Shown: one piece after another, positions 1 to 11,408 of the stretch | Numbering within the stretch: the first letter of the stretch is position 1 | How the letters are laid out: every line of letters begins with the position of its first letter | From: Basidiobolus meristosporus CBS 931.73 | Taxonomy: Eukaryota > Fungi > Basidiobolomycota | Direction of reading: 5' to 3' | Length of the DNA stretch: 64,000 nt | Assembly (NCBI GenBank): GCA_002104905.1 | Contig: MCFE01000171.1 | Coordinates: 1 to 64,000, forward strand | Notes under the pieces: generated by a model | Seen by the model: only the letters and a program-made list of their open reading frames with translations | Told to the model about the DNA's origin: nothing | Databases searched by the model: none | Program-made: the position numbers and the translations under genes

Positions 1-1
1 C

Positions 2-652
2 GCTCTGATTTTTGCAGACTGGATTCGTCGCACCTTCGCTACACAGCTCAAATCTGGTGGAGTCCTCGATGTCGCAGGAGGAAAAGGTGAGATCTCGATG
101 TTTCTCTCGCGTGCTTTTGGCATCCCTTCTACCGTTGTTGAGCCCAAAGAGCGTAAGCTGAGCAACTACTGGTTTATACGTCTTCGACGCCTTATGTATA
201 GATTTGATACGGGTTCGCTCTCTCAACCCGACTGGAGAAACAAAGAAATTCAGATGAAACTAAAGAGCTGGCCTTATGATGTATCGCCACAATATAAGCG
301 CGCATTACTGGATGACACCTTTCTAGAGACTCACCGCGAGCTATTGTCAACCGTGACGCTATTTGTAGGTCTTCATTCGGATCAAGCTACGATCCCGATT
401 GTGGACGCTGCGCTAAAAGCGGGCAAGGCATTTGCAGTGATACCCTGTTGCGTGTTTAGTCACGATAATCAGTCAAGGAGATTACGGTCAGGAGAGCTGG
501 TGACAACCACAGAACAGCAAATTCAATACATCTGTGAAAAAAGTACCGGGAAATATGGCGGCACAATAAGGAAGGATTATTTAGGGTTCGAAGGCAAGAA
601 TGTTGTCGTTTATTGGATACCTGATCCAGAGCAACAGACCGCTCCTACATAA
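2..652 (+). CDS. 3' part of a class I SAM-dependent methyltransferase-like protein (5' end outside the window)
   Basis: Frame is open from base 2: ...GGVLDVAGGKGEISMFLS (SAM-binding motif I-like), then GLHSDQATIPIVDAAL and FAVIPCCVF. Stop at 650-652. Confidence 0.7.
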   Translation, partial: ALIFADWIRRTFATQLKSGGVLDVAGGKGEISMFLSRAFGIPSTVVEPKERKLSNYWFIRLRRLMYRFDTGSLSQPDWRNKEIQMKLKSWPYDVSPQYKRALLDDTFLETHRELLSTVTLFVGLHSDQATIPIVDAALKAGKAFAVIPCCVFSHDNQSRRLRSGELVTTTEQQIQYICEKSTGKYGGTIRKDYLGFEGKNVVVYWIPDPEQQTAPT

Positions 653-786
653 TCACTGCTCCTAAACAATCAAAGCGGAACAAGTACATAGACACCCGCA
701 TCGTATCTCTTAGAAAGCCCCCACTATAAATCACCAAATATCACGCAGTTTGTATTTATCACAGTTAATAGAACGCCCATGCGGTA

Positions 787-1284
787 CTACACTGCAAGAG
801 TTAAAGTGAAGAGGGTAATGATCGATACCAAATAAAGAAGAGTTGGAATAGACACTTTTGGGAAGGCAGCACTGGTAGGTGTAGGGCTACCTTTTCCTGT
901 GCCTTGTGTGGCACTTGGGCTGGTTGCACCAGGATTTGAAGAAGTTGCGCTTGCCGAAGGAGCATTCAATATACTTCCACAAGGGAACCGATCCTTCACC
1001 GCACCCAAACTTGCCTTCTGACTATCCAACTCAGCCTGTGGGCATACATTGCTGCACAGATCAAAGGCGCTCGGTTTCTCAACCAACTCACACATACAAG
1101 TCATGAAAAGATTTGAGGGTGTAGCTCCTGCCTCCTTCTGGTAATCGAAATTTTGGCAACCTGGCATGGCTCGAAAAGGAAGGGACACCATACAATCTTC
1201 ACATTGGGACGCATTTGCGGGTGTTGTGCCCAGCAGAACTGACATCAGCACCACCGCCATGTACATACTCCTCTTTAGCCCCAT
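787..1284 (-). CDS. Small secreted 8-Cys (CFEM-like) protein with Ser/Thr/Pro stalk and probable GPI signal
   Basis: Hydrophobic N-terminus (MGLKRSMYMAVVLMSVLLGTTPANA), 8 Cys including CxxC, CxC and CxxxC, an S/T/P/G-rich stalk, and a hydrophobic C-terminus (LLYLVSIITLFTLTLAV). Start placed at the ATG at 1284 rather than the TTG at 1353. Confidence 0.75.
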   Translation of the reverse strand: MGLKRSMYMAVVLMSVLLGTTPANASQCEDCMVSLPFRAMPGCQNFDYQKEAGATPSNLFMTCMCELVEKPSAFDLCSNVCPQAELDSQKASLGAVKDRFPCGSILNAPSASATSSNPGATSPSATQGTGKGSPTPTSAAFPKVSIPTLLYLVSIITLFTLTLAV

Positions 1285-1610
1285 GAATGAAAAGATACCT
1301 TGAGGAGCCAAGAGGTCACGATGTTTTAAATATAAATGCCTCGCTGTCAGCACTCAGGCCAATAAGCAGCGTTATCTGCAAAAGTTCGCATGGTGCCAGT
1401 CTGCGAACCAGTACAATAAGTTCCGCCTTATCAGCTCTAGTTGCACACCCGTGCCGTACATAGCAATATTAACTGATATCAATTCCAGAGTTTGTGCACA
1501 GTCTTTGGTACGGCCTGACTTGCCAATCACCACCAACCCTGTGCATAATCAATAACATGATACAATTTCCTTTGCTGGTTTACACGATTATTTAACTATT
1601 TTATATATTA

Positions 1611-1658
1611 AGGATGAAGGATGAAGGATAAGCGGTGGAGGATAAGCGGTGGAGGATA
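1611..1658. repeat. Composite short tandem repeat (AGGATGA)x2 + (AGGATAAGCGGTGG)x2
   Basis: Read directly from the sequence. Confidence 0.7.
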
Positions 1659-1893
1659 GGCCATCAATGAGTATTGTTCGCAGCATCTACCGCTGTCGTC
1701 AACGCTATAGGTGAAAACCAACCCTCTGACTCGCCATGGTTGAGATGGTTCAAAACCATGGCCAAATCTCTGACTTGCTATAGATTCAAAATCATGGCCG
1801 AATTCCTGACTCATTATCATGCAAGTAATATGCCTTTTATTCAAAGGGGGAAAAGAGAGTGTGATGGATTTTGTGGGATGTACATTGATAAGC

Positions 1894-3426
1894 TTACCAT
1901 TCCTCCTCAGTTTGAATACCATTCACCAAGTTGACTGCAAACATTGCAAGGTTTGAAGAAAGGTGCATACCAACACCAGGGTACAAGCCACGCCAGTTCC
2001 AGGTTTGAACTCCCTTCATGTCTTTGCTCTTCTTCGCCTTCTTTTGAGGGCGACGTACTGACTCCTCAGTTAAGATTCTTCTTCCACAATCGATCATACC
2101 AGTGTAAGGGACTCTGCGCGTCTCCACCACAGTCTCGAAGCTCTTTCCTGGGACTTGCGTGCGGATCTGACATTGAAGACGCTTGCGGATCGTGTCCAGT
2201 GGTAGTGTGATCAGTATATCAAGAGTGTTGAAGGCTAACTCGACTAAGCTATATACAAAAGGGGACTCCAATGGGTCAATTTGGAGAACTCTCTCGATAA
2301 CCAATGGGATGGTATTGCTGATTAGCGGACTAATGGTGTGATAGATGACGGTGGGAAGGAGATTATGCGACCAGTAGAGTGATCCAAATCCTTCTTCAGC
2401 AATGATCGTCCTCAAACAATGGAACGGCCCTTGGTACTTGCGATGCTTTTTGCTGGACGTCTGAACAATCAATCTTTGGTACAATGGATTAGCCAGTTGT
2501 CAAGATGAGTTGCGGTTCCATCGTACCTGGTTCGAACAACCTCCAATGGGCTAAGAAGTACACCAACCGCCAAATGACTTGCTACCAAGGTAGCCACGTT
2601 GGGAGCAGCATTGTCGAGATGGACCAGTGGAATAGTGTCATCGTACAAATCGAATGAATCGTTCAGCATCCCCTCCAAACTAGGCTGGAGGAACAAATGG
2701 GTCATATCGTACAACCAGTTGGTGAATTGGCCTTGAAATGGATTGAACTACTTTAGGCCTGTCTTTTCCTCGGATGCGAATTCACCGACAGAGGAGGTCA
2801 CTTACCTTTCCACAGAGAGCGCCATCCCTCAGTTGGCTGTCTAACCAATGCCTTGATAACCCCCCAAGTATTAGTATCCAAAGGAGGTAACTGGTACGCT
2901 GGGCGGGTAGATTCGTCATAAACACTTTTACGAATCAAGTAACCCATATGATCTGCTTGTTTTTTCTCTTGGCCAGAACTTGGATCGATGGTAGAGCTCA
3001 TCTGGACATCGAAATACTCCATATCGTCTTCGTCTAATTCCTGCAACCAAATGTCAAAAGGATTTCTGACCAGTTTGTGGGATAAGGCAGACATACCTCC
3101 CCAGCATATGGGTCATCACTCTGCTCCTTCTCTGTGTTTACTTCCTCCTGTTCGTCATCCTTGGGCAGGTACTGCACTTGAAGTAGAGTCTGACCGACCT
3201 CAAACGGGTTTGCGATGGCTGTAGAGAAGTATTTAAGCGCAGCGTATGCTGCCAGGCCTTTGGCGTTCATTCTTTCTTCCACCTGGATATCTAGCGTTTC
3301 CAAATCCTCTGGATCGTAATCCAAGTAAGGGCTTGGCACTTGAAAACCAGCAGGACCAGTTGGTATGGATAGGTTCCCGTAGGCATTCAAATTCGCGTAA
3401 GGATTGAAGGAGTCGGATTCAGTCAT
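1894..3426 (-). CDS. UGO1: Mitochondrial outer-membrane fusion protein Ugo1 (mitochondrial-carrier-like), 4 exons
   Basis: ORFs 3034-3426, 2798-3094, 2469-2714 and 1894-2484 join through GT-AG introns. Motifs ANPFEVGQTLLQVQY, GWRSLWKGQFTNWLYD, LLSPLEVVRTRLIVQ and TLPLDTIRKRLQCQ are carrier signatures typical of Ugo1. Confidence 0.85.
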
Positions 3427-3746
3427 GTTCGGACAATGTACGCAATGAGGTATTTAAATATACGACTTGGCTAGCGAATTAGCAAAGTATATATATGGTA
3501 TTGTAGAATCTTTACGTTTAAACTTTATAACTGAACCAAACGAATTTTCCGGCCCATAACTGGCATGTAGCATCCCATCCAACGACCCCTTTCCCCACTC
3601 CAAATTCTCACTCCTGACCACCCTAAAAATTCACTTGATTGAAACATAGTGAAATTCTCTCATATGACCCATGATGACGTAACAAGCTACTGACCATGAT
3701 CATGCTTCAATGGATTGGGATAGAACACAATGAATTATCTTGAATG

Positions 3747-3851
3747 ATGAAACATGGATATTTGTTTAGTAGGATATATTACATGAAACATGGATATTTG
3801 TTTGTTAGGATATATTACATGAAGCATGGATATTTATTTGGTAGGATGCAT
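3747..3851. repeat. 36-bp minisatellite, about 2.9 copies (ATGAAACATGGATATTTGTTTAGTAGGATATATTAC)
   Basis: Copies at 3747-3782, 3783-3818 and 3819-3851 (partial), with few mismatches. Confidence 0.9.
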
Positions 3852-3894
3852 CACACAAAAGAGAGATGCGATGATCGTGCACTTAGGGTTTAGT

Positions 3895-5323
3895 TCATAC
3901 ATACTCCCACAGACCACAGTCAACACATTCGTTTTCCACCTCACACTTCATACGGACGGGGGATTCAAAATATTTCCATGGGACCAAAAGCTCGTTGATT
4001 ACTCTGCGGATTTGATGATTATGAAGGCTGGATTTCCAACCCATCTCTTCGACCGTATCAAAAGTACACACATTCCCTGTATGGCACTTACTGTCCATTG
4101 CGTAACCAGCGATTGAGCAGAGGGATCCTGGACCATTGCTATCCAATTGTCAGATAAGCTAGACGCCATTGTTGTTGATCAACAACTTACCAGGAGCCGA
4201 CGTATACTGGATCGGCAGTGTTGCCGAAATGGTAGATGGGCAATGTTGACATATCTTCGGGGATTGGGAGATTCAAACGCCTGGCGTACATCAACTCACC
4301 GGGAGCCTCGAAAGTGAAAGCAGGGCGCCCTTTTTGAATTCCTATCAAGCTTGACAATGCACCACCAAGAGAGTGGCCTGTGAGCCAGATCTCGGCGTTA
4401 GGATATCTTTCAGATGCAGCTTCATAGATTTTCTAGATTCGGAGTTGATTAGATTCAACAAACAGCAATATAGGATCTTAGTGTATAGTTACCAGAGCAT
4501 GGTGATAATAGCTGTTTGGATAGCGTGTGACCTGCCCCAAGCAAAACCGATTACACTTGTTTGGCCCCCTGGCACACCCACATATCGGCTTCATCAGAGG
4601 TGAGATACTGGAGACTTTCAGCTGCGAGCCACAGCAGCACGAGAACATCAAATTGTCCTGTAAACGAGCATGAGATTAGTTTTGGAGTTGCAACCAACTG
4701 GCCCGCAAAGTCATTACATTGTACTTGTCAATATGCGCAGTAGGATTACCAATGATGGATGTTCCCTTGAACACAATCACGACGATATCTTTGCTTTCCG
4801 TAGCAAAGATGTAGCCCCGAAGGCCATGGTCTTGCCAACCGAAGGTGGCGTTCTGACGAAGCATCCATTAGGCCGAGAATACGAGAGTCTGGTGCAAATG
4901 AAATACACATACCACTTTCCAACCACCTAGGTCAATCCAATTCGGTCTCCCTGGGGTAGTGTAGCTATTCGCAGTCATTCGCGCGACTGTCACTACGGTA
5001 TCGCGATCATGTGGATTGAACATCTTCGTCTCATCCAGTTGAACGGAGAAATTCCCCTGCACCTTTAACAAGTGATTTCTCACATATTCAAGCTGGTATG
5101 CTTCAGAGGAATCTTCCTCTTCGTACTCAGCCTTCCGAAACAAGCCTTCGAATTTTCCAACCCCGGAATGATATATGGAGGACAATTTAAAGGAGGCCTG
5201 CTTCTTCTCCGTCGCAAACCAATACGGTCGAGTCTCGGTGAAGGCTTGTTGCTGGTAGCCCAGTGTCTCCAAGTGGATCAGCAGTACCGTAGAGATAAGA
5301 GCTTTTAAGATGATCCTTGTCAT
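3895..5323 (-). CDS. ATG15: Atg15-like autophagy lipase (class 3 lipase), multi-exon
   Basis: N-terminal hydrophobic segment; FGWQDHGLRGYIF...VIVFKGTS; nucleophile elbow IWLTGHSLGGA (about 4336-4390, minus strand); C-terminal CxxGYAMDSKCHTG and ECVDCGLW. Confidence 0.85.
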
Positions 5324-5657
5324 TATTACCGAACAATGCAGTTAGTGGGGACTTCGTTTTTATGTCTCTTTGAAGTATAGATAGGTATGAGGTGAACTTC
5401 CCCTGACATGTCTGAGAAGGATGTCACACAGAGTCACCCATATCATCTGACCAATACGGAAACCAAGCTTAATGGTGACGGTTGAATCAATGAAGGCATT
5501 TGGTAGGATCTTGATGAAACTTGGGCAACCTTCGATTGGCGCCCTCATCCATCTCTGCCAGTCACGTTGAACAAGCCCCTTTGTTTATTATTCCGACATC
5601 ATCGGTTGGTGTGTTCGGTTGATCTATTCCCATCACAGATTCCTTGATGACTCCAGC

Positions 5658-7399
5658 TTAAACGCAAACACCACCAGTATACCAATCCTCCTCATGCACC
5701 TTCAGTGCGAGGCCAGCTTTGATACGACGTCTTCTCTTGTTGCGCGCCTTATCCTTCAACTGGACCTGATTAATAACGCCATTCTCCCCGAAATGATCGA
5801 ACACAGTAGACCAAGAGGTCCCAAACAAATGCATACCTTCGTATAAGGCATCCATTTTATCCTGTGACCAAGGTGACTCGAGGATTGAGGCTGTTACTCC
5901 ACCTTACTTCAGCACTCGAGTTGGGTTTCTGATCAGCAAGCTTCCCTCCTATCCGGACGTTCGATGAAGGCACCTCCCGTTTTCTGTCTCATGCACAATT
6001 TAGTCTAGAAATTTACGAGAAGACAACATACCTTTTCTTCCTTGACTATTGATCATCGTTGCCCAATGCATCCCTCCTACATTGGTGAGAGCTCTACTCG
6101 TAATTAGTCACCATATCAACACCTACCTGGGGATGTCGCTGGCTGCTTCTAAACCATTTGGGACTAGTTGGTGACTGGGGTTGAGGCAAACTTCAGCAAG
6201 CGCCATGTAAAAAGAATGGGTTAGAAATGGTATCTTAACAGGGTGGGTTGGGCTGGTTCAAAGCATTTCTATTTGAGGCAGATTGGCAAATCGAGATGTC
6301 GAAGTGACTGGCAACAGCTGGTTACTTACTCCTCTGCACTTGCTTGTCTGAAGACAGTCTGATTGGCGTGACCTCGGACGTATATCCGCGACAGCAGCGG
6401 CGTAGGCAACTGGCCAATACTACGACTTGTAAAGTTGCGCACCACGCGTAAAAATCCGATCCAAAGCAACTCGCTAGATGACTGGCCAACTGTGAGGTTG
6501 GTATACTGTGTGGATAGCTGAATCAATGGTTTGTCGACTTGGTTGCCCTGTGGAACGAGACTTACCTTCTCTGATACAATCGTCTTTCCCGTGAGCTGGG
6601 ATCAGAGTGAATGTGCTCGAATAGGTAGTCACAACCATCGCCATAGTGTTTCCGAACTAGATCGGCCCCGTTCTCACCACACTGCCCTCCATAAATGATC
6701 GTCTGATGGGACTTCGATTAGGAATTGCTGATGCGCACCAGGAGCCTCTGAGCAATCCAAAATCTCACCAAGCATATATCATATGTGGTGTTTTGGGCTA
6801 AGATACAAGGCAGAAGAACCCCACATATATCCACAAGCAAGCGGTACATCTTCACGTGACCACTGCAAAATGGGTTCAACCGAGACTGGACATCAGGATT
6901 CGGAGGAAAATCCCCTTGCATCCCAATAACTTCGTGGAGCTTATGATTGTTTTGGATACGAGGAGCAAATTGTTCAGCTCATGGTAGGACAGAAAAGCTG
7001 TTCATAACGCTATCAGTAACAGCTAATGTTTGCTTTAAACTACCCCGAAGACCTCTCCAATATTTCTTCGTCTCCGATATACGATTCTACCTCTCTGGTA
7101 GGCTGTCTCCTGATAACAGAACGTTATCTATTATTTTGCAGGCAAAAAATCGACTATATGCCAGTCTAGTTCGTTGAAGTAGTTATATTCGTCAATTTCC
7201 TTTCTTCGACACGAGTGAACCCTTCAACGAACTTTGCGGTCGAGTATTCTTCGGCCTCCACAGCGCGGGCGCCGTCTGAATTGCTTGGTGGAGTCACCTC
7301 TTCGGCAAGAGTATCTAATTTTGCTGCTTTTGAGCTAATCTCTGAAGATTTGTGTATTTTTATGGTGGAAAGAAAGGGCATGATTTTCATTCTATTCAT
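5658..7399 (-). CDS. Putative telobox/Myb (TRF/Tbf1-like) DNA-binding protein; upstream exon structure and intactness uncertain
   Basis: C-terminal WSQDKMDALYEGMHLFGTSW...NQVQLKDKARN matches the telobox Myb signature. GTAAGT/GTAGGT/GTATGT introns are visible upstream between about 5990 and 6570. The 5' end near 7399 is a guess, and some upstream frames contain stops. Confidence 0.5.
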
Positions 7400-7641
7400 G
7401 AATGTGTCTATACTTAACCCACATCACAAGATATCGTTTATATATAGGGTTAGGGTTGGGATTGTACGATCAAAAGGAAAAAATATCATTTATGGTTCCC
7501 CAGAAAATTTTGGCCATCTTATATATGATAGAGATCAATGCGATGGTGTATGTGGTTTGGATGTCACAAAATTGCTATTTCTCTTCTCCCAAGACTAGTA
7601 AATATTAGCAAATTTTACCAACCGGGAGGCGTCAACGTGGT

Positions 7642-10023
7642 ATGCTTTTTCATAATGTGGGACTCATAAGACCAGTCCTACTGCGGTCTTCAAAGCACAA
7701 CTACCACCTGCTCTTCCAGAACCCCCATTCGCTATCCTCAAAGAAGAGTTGGGTCGTATTCACACAGGCTAATTTCTCCACAGCCCAGAGCGCTTTCCAA
7801 CCGATAGCCAAACCTTTGAAGGGTTTTTTTACTCACCCACGAAACACAACCGCCAAGAGAAGGGAGATAAATCTAAATGTTTATCAGAAAGAGATCCGTC
7901 TTGCTTTTACTAAGAAACACTACGACCAAGTGTGGCGTGTATATCTTTCAGCACATGACGCAAATCAACTAGATAGCTTGACTCCACTCGATAGAAAGAT
8001 AGTCTATCGGTCTCTCAAGGAAGGTCGCTCGCCTACCGCCTGGGCAAAAGCTCTACGAATCATCAGCGACTCTAGCCTTTTGGCCATCAAGCCCAAGACA
8101 GCAGAATACAATTGGCTTCTTTATTTTCTTGGAAGGCACAAGCAATTGGACAAAATGATTCAAATGTACGAGGAAATGAAGGCCCTGAAAATACCAACCA
8201 ACACCATCACATACGATCACATCATATACGCATTCGGCCTGAAGCAGGACCTTGTCAAAGTGGTCGAGTACTATGACAAAATGATCATGGAAGGCCATGA
8301 GCCAACTACACACACATACTCCATCGTCATGGATATCTTTGGTCGGGTTGGCGACACGCAAAGAGTTCTTCGGATATTCGAGCGCATGATGAACGACGGA
8401 GCTAAGCCAAATACCGTGACGTTTACCACGATCATGAACGCTCACATCAACGCCGGGGATCTCGCATCTGCGGAAGAATTTTTCCGTAAAATGAAAGCTT
8501 TCGGCCTACGACCCACTGCATCAACATACCAGGCCCTGATCGGAGGAATTATCAAGAGCGGAGACTTGGACATTGCACTTGGCTTCTACAGCGAAATGAA
8601 GGCAGACATGGTAAACGGAACTCCGGGGATATTTTCCATGATGGTGAAGGGGCTTTCGAGCGCCAATAACATCCAGGGAGTGAGGGACATGTATGTTAAG
8701 CTCCATGAATCAGTTGGTCGGACCAAAGAGATTCCCGATATATGGATATTCAGCTACTTGATAAAGTGGTTCTCCGACCAACGGGATCTGCGTATGGCCA
8801 TGACCATCTTCAAGGATATGATTGATCTAGGCATTGAGCCGAATCGCTATGTCTACACTGCCCTCATGGACGGCTACTTGCGCGTGAACAACATTCCGGT
8901 TGCGAGCGAGATCCTCCGCAACATGGAACTCACCAAGACCACGCCTGATATCTACACATTTAACACGTTTCTTCACGGGATCGTTCGGTCTGAAAGCACG
9001 CAAAAGGTCCTCCAATTCTTTCAGAAGCTACTTTCCCAGCAGGTGAAGCCAGACCAAGCTACCTATTCCATCCTATTTTTTGGATTCATCAACAAGTACG
9101 ACTTCCACTCGGCGTTCACCATCCTGAATCGAATGCTAGCTGACGAGCTTCGGCCAACCATCGAGTATTTCACTTCGTTGTTATCCATCTCCAAAACATA
9201 CTCGGAAGCAACGAAAGCCTACAAAAAGTTGCTGGCGCTAGGATTTATCCCTGATGTCAACATCTACGCTGCCCTGCTCGAGGTCTATGCCCGCCAAGGC
9301 AATACGAGGTCTGCTGCTCGAGTATATAGAATGATGCAAGCCCAAGGGTGCGAACCTAATATTGTTGTTTATACCTCCTTGTTGAAAGCGCACTGTGCCA
9401 ATGGCGAGATGCACAAAGTCAGAGGGATATACGCCCAAATGAGAGCTAAAGGTGTTGAGGCTGATGCTCATTTATATGCTCTGATGATAAAAGCGTTTGG
9501 CTACAACAACGAGCTGCAAGCGGCAATCGATATCTACGAAGAAATGAAGAGTCGCGACATCAGGGCAGACGTTGTTACCTATACCTCTCTGATCAACGCC
9601 TACGTGGAGCATAATGATACTGCGGGTGCGTATCGTATTTACCAGGAAATGCTCAACAACGGCATTTCACCCAGCTCCGCCACTCTGGGAACCCTGCTGA
9701 AGTTGGACCGGAAAAATGAGAGACCCGGGGATTATCTCAGTGTATGGAATCGCCTGATCAAGGATGGTGTGAAGCCGAACTCTCGAAACGTCTGTCAGTT
9801 ATTTAAATATAAGCAAGTCTCTGAGGACTTGGCAACAGCAAAGAAGGTCTGGGAGTTTGTCGGTCAACTCGGATTTGGGGACAACGTCTACGTTCAGAAC
9901 GCTTTCGTCGAGCTTCTTCACACACACCAAGACGTCCAAGGAATGGAGGAAATCTTGAATTCTTTGGAGCTGAAACCGAACACCACATCTTCAAAACCAG
10001 AGCTTCAGCATACCTCGCATTGA
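7642..10023 (+). CDS. Pentatricopeptide-repeat (PPR) protein, probably mitochondrial, intronless, 793 aa
   Basis: Many 35-aa repeats (e.g. PNTVTFTTIMNAHINAGDLASAEEFFRKMKAFGLRP; PNIVVYTSLLKAHCANG) and a basic, hydroxylated N-terminal presequence. Confidence 0.95.
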   Translation: MLFHNVGLIRPVLLRSSKHNYHLLFQNPHSLSSKKSWVVFTQANFSTAQSAFQPIAKPLKGFFTHPRNTTAKRREINLNVYQKEIRLAFTKKHYDQVWRVYLSAHDANQLDSLTPLDRKIVYRSLKEGRSPTAWAKALRIISDSSLLAIKPKTAEYNWLLYFLGRHKQLDKMIQMYEEMKALKIPTNTITYDHIIYAFGLKQDLVKVVEYYDKMIMEGHEPTTHTYSIVMDIFGRVGDTQRVLRIFERMMNDGAKPNTVTFTTIMNAHINAGDLASAEEFFRKMKAFGLRPTASTYQALIGGIIKSGDLDIALGFYSEMKADMVNGTPGIFSMMVKGLSSANNIQGVRDMYVKLHESVGRTKEIPDIWIFSYLIKWFSDQRDLRMAMTIFKDMIDLGIEPNRYVYTALMDGYLRVNNIPVASEILRNMELTKTTPDIYTFNTFLHGIVRSESTQKVLQFFQKLLSQQVKPDQATYSILFFGFINKYDFHSAFTILNRMLADELRPTIEYFTSLLSISKTYSEATKAYKKLLALGFIPDVNIYAALLEVYARQGNTRSAARVYRMMQAQGCEPNIVVYTSLLKAHCANGEMHKVRGIYAQMRAKGVEADAHLYALMIKAFGYNNELQAAIDIYEEMKSRDIRADVVTYTSLINAYVEHNDTAGAYRIYQEMLNNGISPSSATLGTLLKLDRKNERPGDYLSVWNRLIKDGVKPNSRNVCQLFKYKQVSEDLATAKKVWEFVGQLGFGDNVYVQNAFVELLHTHQDVQGMEEILNSLELKPNTTSSKPELQHTSH

Positions 10024-10463
10024 ACTGCATCTTAAATATCCTCAGCATAGAATAGTTAATTTTGTTTAGATGCTCTCTTCAACCCTCACTTACGCTCCTC
10101 ACACCCTACTGTAACATAATACAAAACAATGCAGCATTCGGTCCAATTGGGTAGTCTCATCGTAGCGATCATCATTCACACCCCCGCTTCTTGAGCCGAG
10201 TCCTAGTGGGCCAACACCATCCTTATCATCACAACACTCATTGCATATGTTCGAATAAATTGATGGTCCATGGATTTCTTCCACTCCCCACGCAGTTGAT
10301 CTGGCCGAGGTTATATGAGCATACAATTGTACACGATGATGATCAGATTATCTTGGTCAACGTCGTGTGATTAAACCATACCAAGGTAATCCGTGGTTCT
10401 TGCCTTTTATTGACCCTGTTCCTACACCTATCAGTGGGATCCAGTTTTCCGTTGTGATGGTAA

Positions 10464-10496
10464 ACAGGGTCAATAGACAGGGTCGATAGACAGGGA
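10464..10496. repeat. 13-bp tandem repeat (ACAGGGTC[A/G]ATAG), about 2.5 copies
   Basis: Read directly from the sequence. Confidence 0.6.
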
Positions 10497-11108
10497 ATAA
10501 TATTGCATCAAATCCAGCAGCTCCGGATACGGTGGAGCATGTGACGAGCTGCACATTATCTTGTGTGTTCGTTCACATGGGTCATTCAGCTGATAATGAC
10601 ATCCACAACCATCAGGCGCTACATACGATCGTTGTGTCAGTTTGTATCGCTTTCCTCCAGCCTGGAGGATTTCAATATATCTGAATGGACCTTTACAGTA
10701 TACCCCACTATGGAAAGAGAATACATTATCGGCCCACATGATACGTCTAGAAGTGTCAGATCTTCCGACAGCGCTGAACTCTCACACCAGTTTATTTCTA
10801 GGCGTTGCTCGGTGAATCAGACAAGCCATCCGTCAGTCATTGGACAAGCTGGCGGATTCGGCTACAGCACCAGATTTTTTAATGAATTATTTCTGTGGTC
10901 AGGTGGACCAGGACCATGAGCAATAAAGTTTCACTCAGTCTCAGACAGCCGAAGCAGATTGGGCCAGGTGGAATTAGTCTTCAATTGATATTCGGCATTT
11001 TCCTGAAGCCCGCATTCCCACCCACTATAAATAGCCAGGATTTGGTTGCCAATTGAAAAAATTCCCTACGCACCTCACCCTCTTGACTATACTCCTCAAT
11101 CGTATCTT

Positions 11109-11408
11109 ATGGCTACTTGGTTTGTACAAAACATTCTCTCTTCCGCCCAAGTAGCGTCCAAACGGCAAAGCCTTAGTGAAACCAGTTGCCACCTGATGGA
11201 GCACACGAAACCGTTGCATCGTCACTCGGCAGATGTTGGTGCTGCCAAGGAGGTTCCTATAACAAATCGTACTACTCGTCATCGTCGTGGAATGAGTAGC
11301 TCCAAGGCTGGTAGCGACGCTAATGCTGGGCTTGCTATGGCAATGTGTGGTAGCGGATATGCGGGCGGCGCAGCAGCATATTATCTTCTTGACCGCACCG
11401 AGCAATAG
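11109..11408 (+). CDS. Small hypothetical protein (99 aa) with a Gly/Ala-rich hydrophobic C-terminus
   Basis: ATG at 11109, TATAAATA at 11026-11033, open frame to TAG at 11408. No family recognised. Confidence 0.4.
   Translation: MATWFVQNILSSAQVASKRQSLSETSCHLMEHTKPLHRHSADVGAAKEVPITNRTTRHRRGMSSSKAGSDANAGLAMAMCGSGYAGGAAAYYLLDRTEQ

Noticed and set aside
3747-3851. CRISPR-like array (36-bp unit)
   Set aside because: The units are contiguous with no unique spacers, there are no cas genes, and the context is eukaryotic.
4395-4410. ATATCCT/GTATCCT strings suggesting U12 minor-intron donors (also near 39506, 48915 and 54320)
   Set aside because: They lie inside coding exons or at branch regions of ordinary GT-AG introns; no U12 intron is supported.
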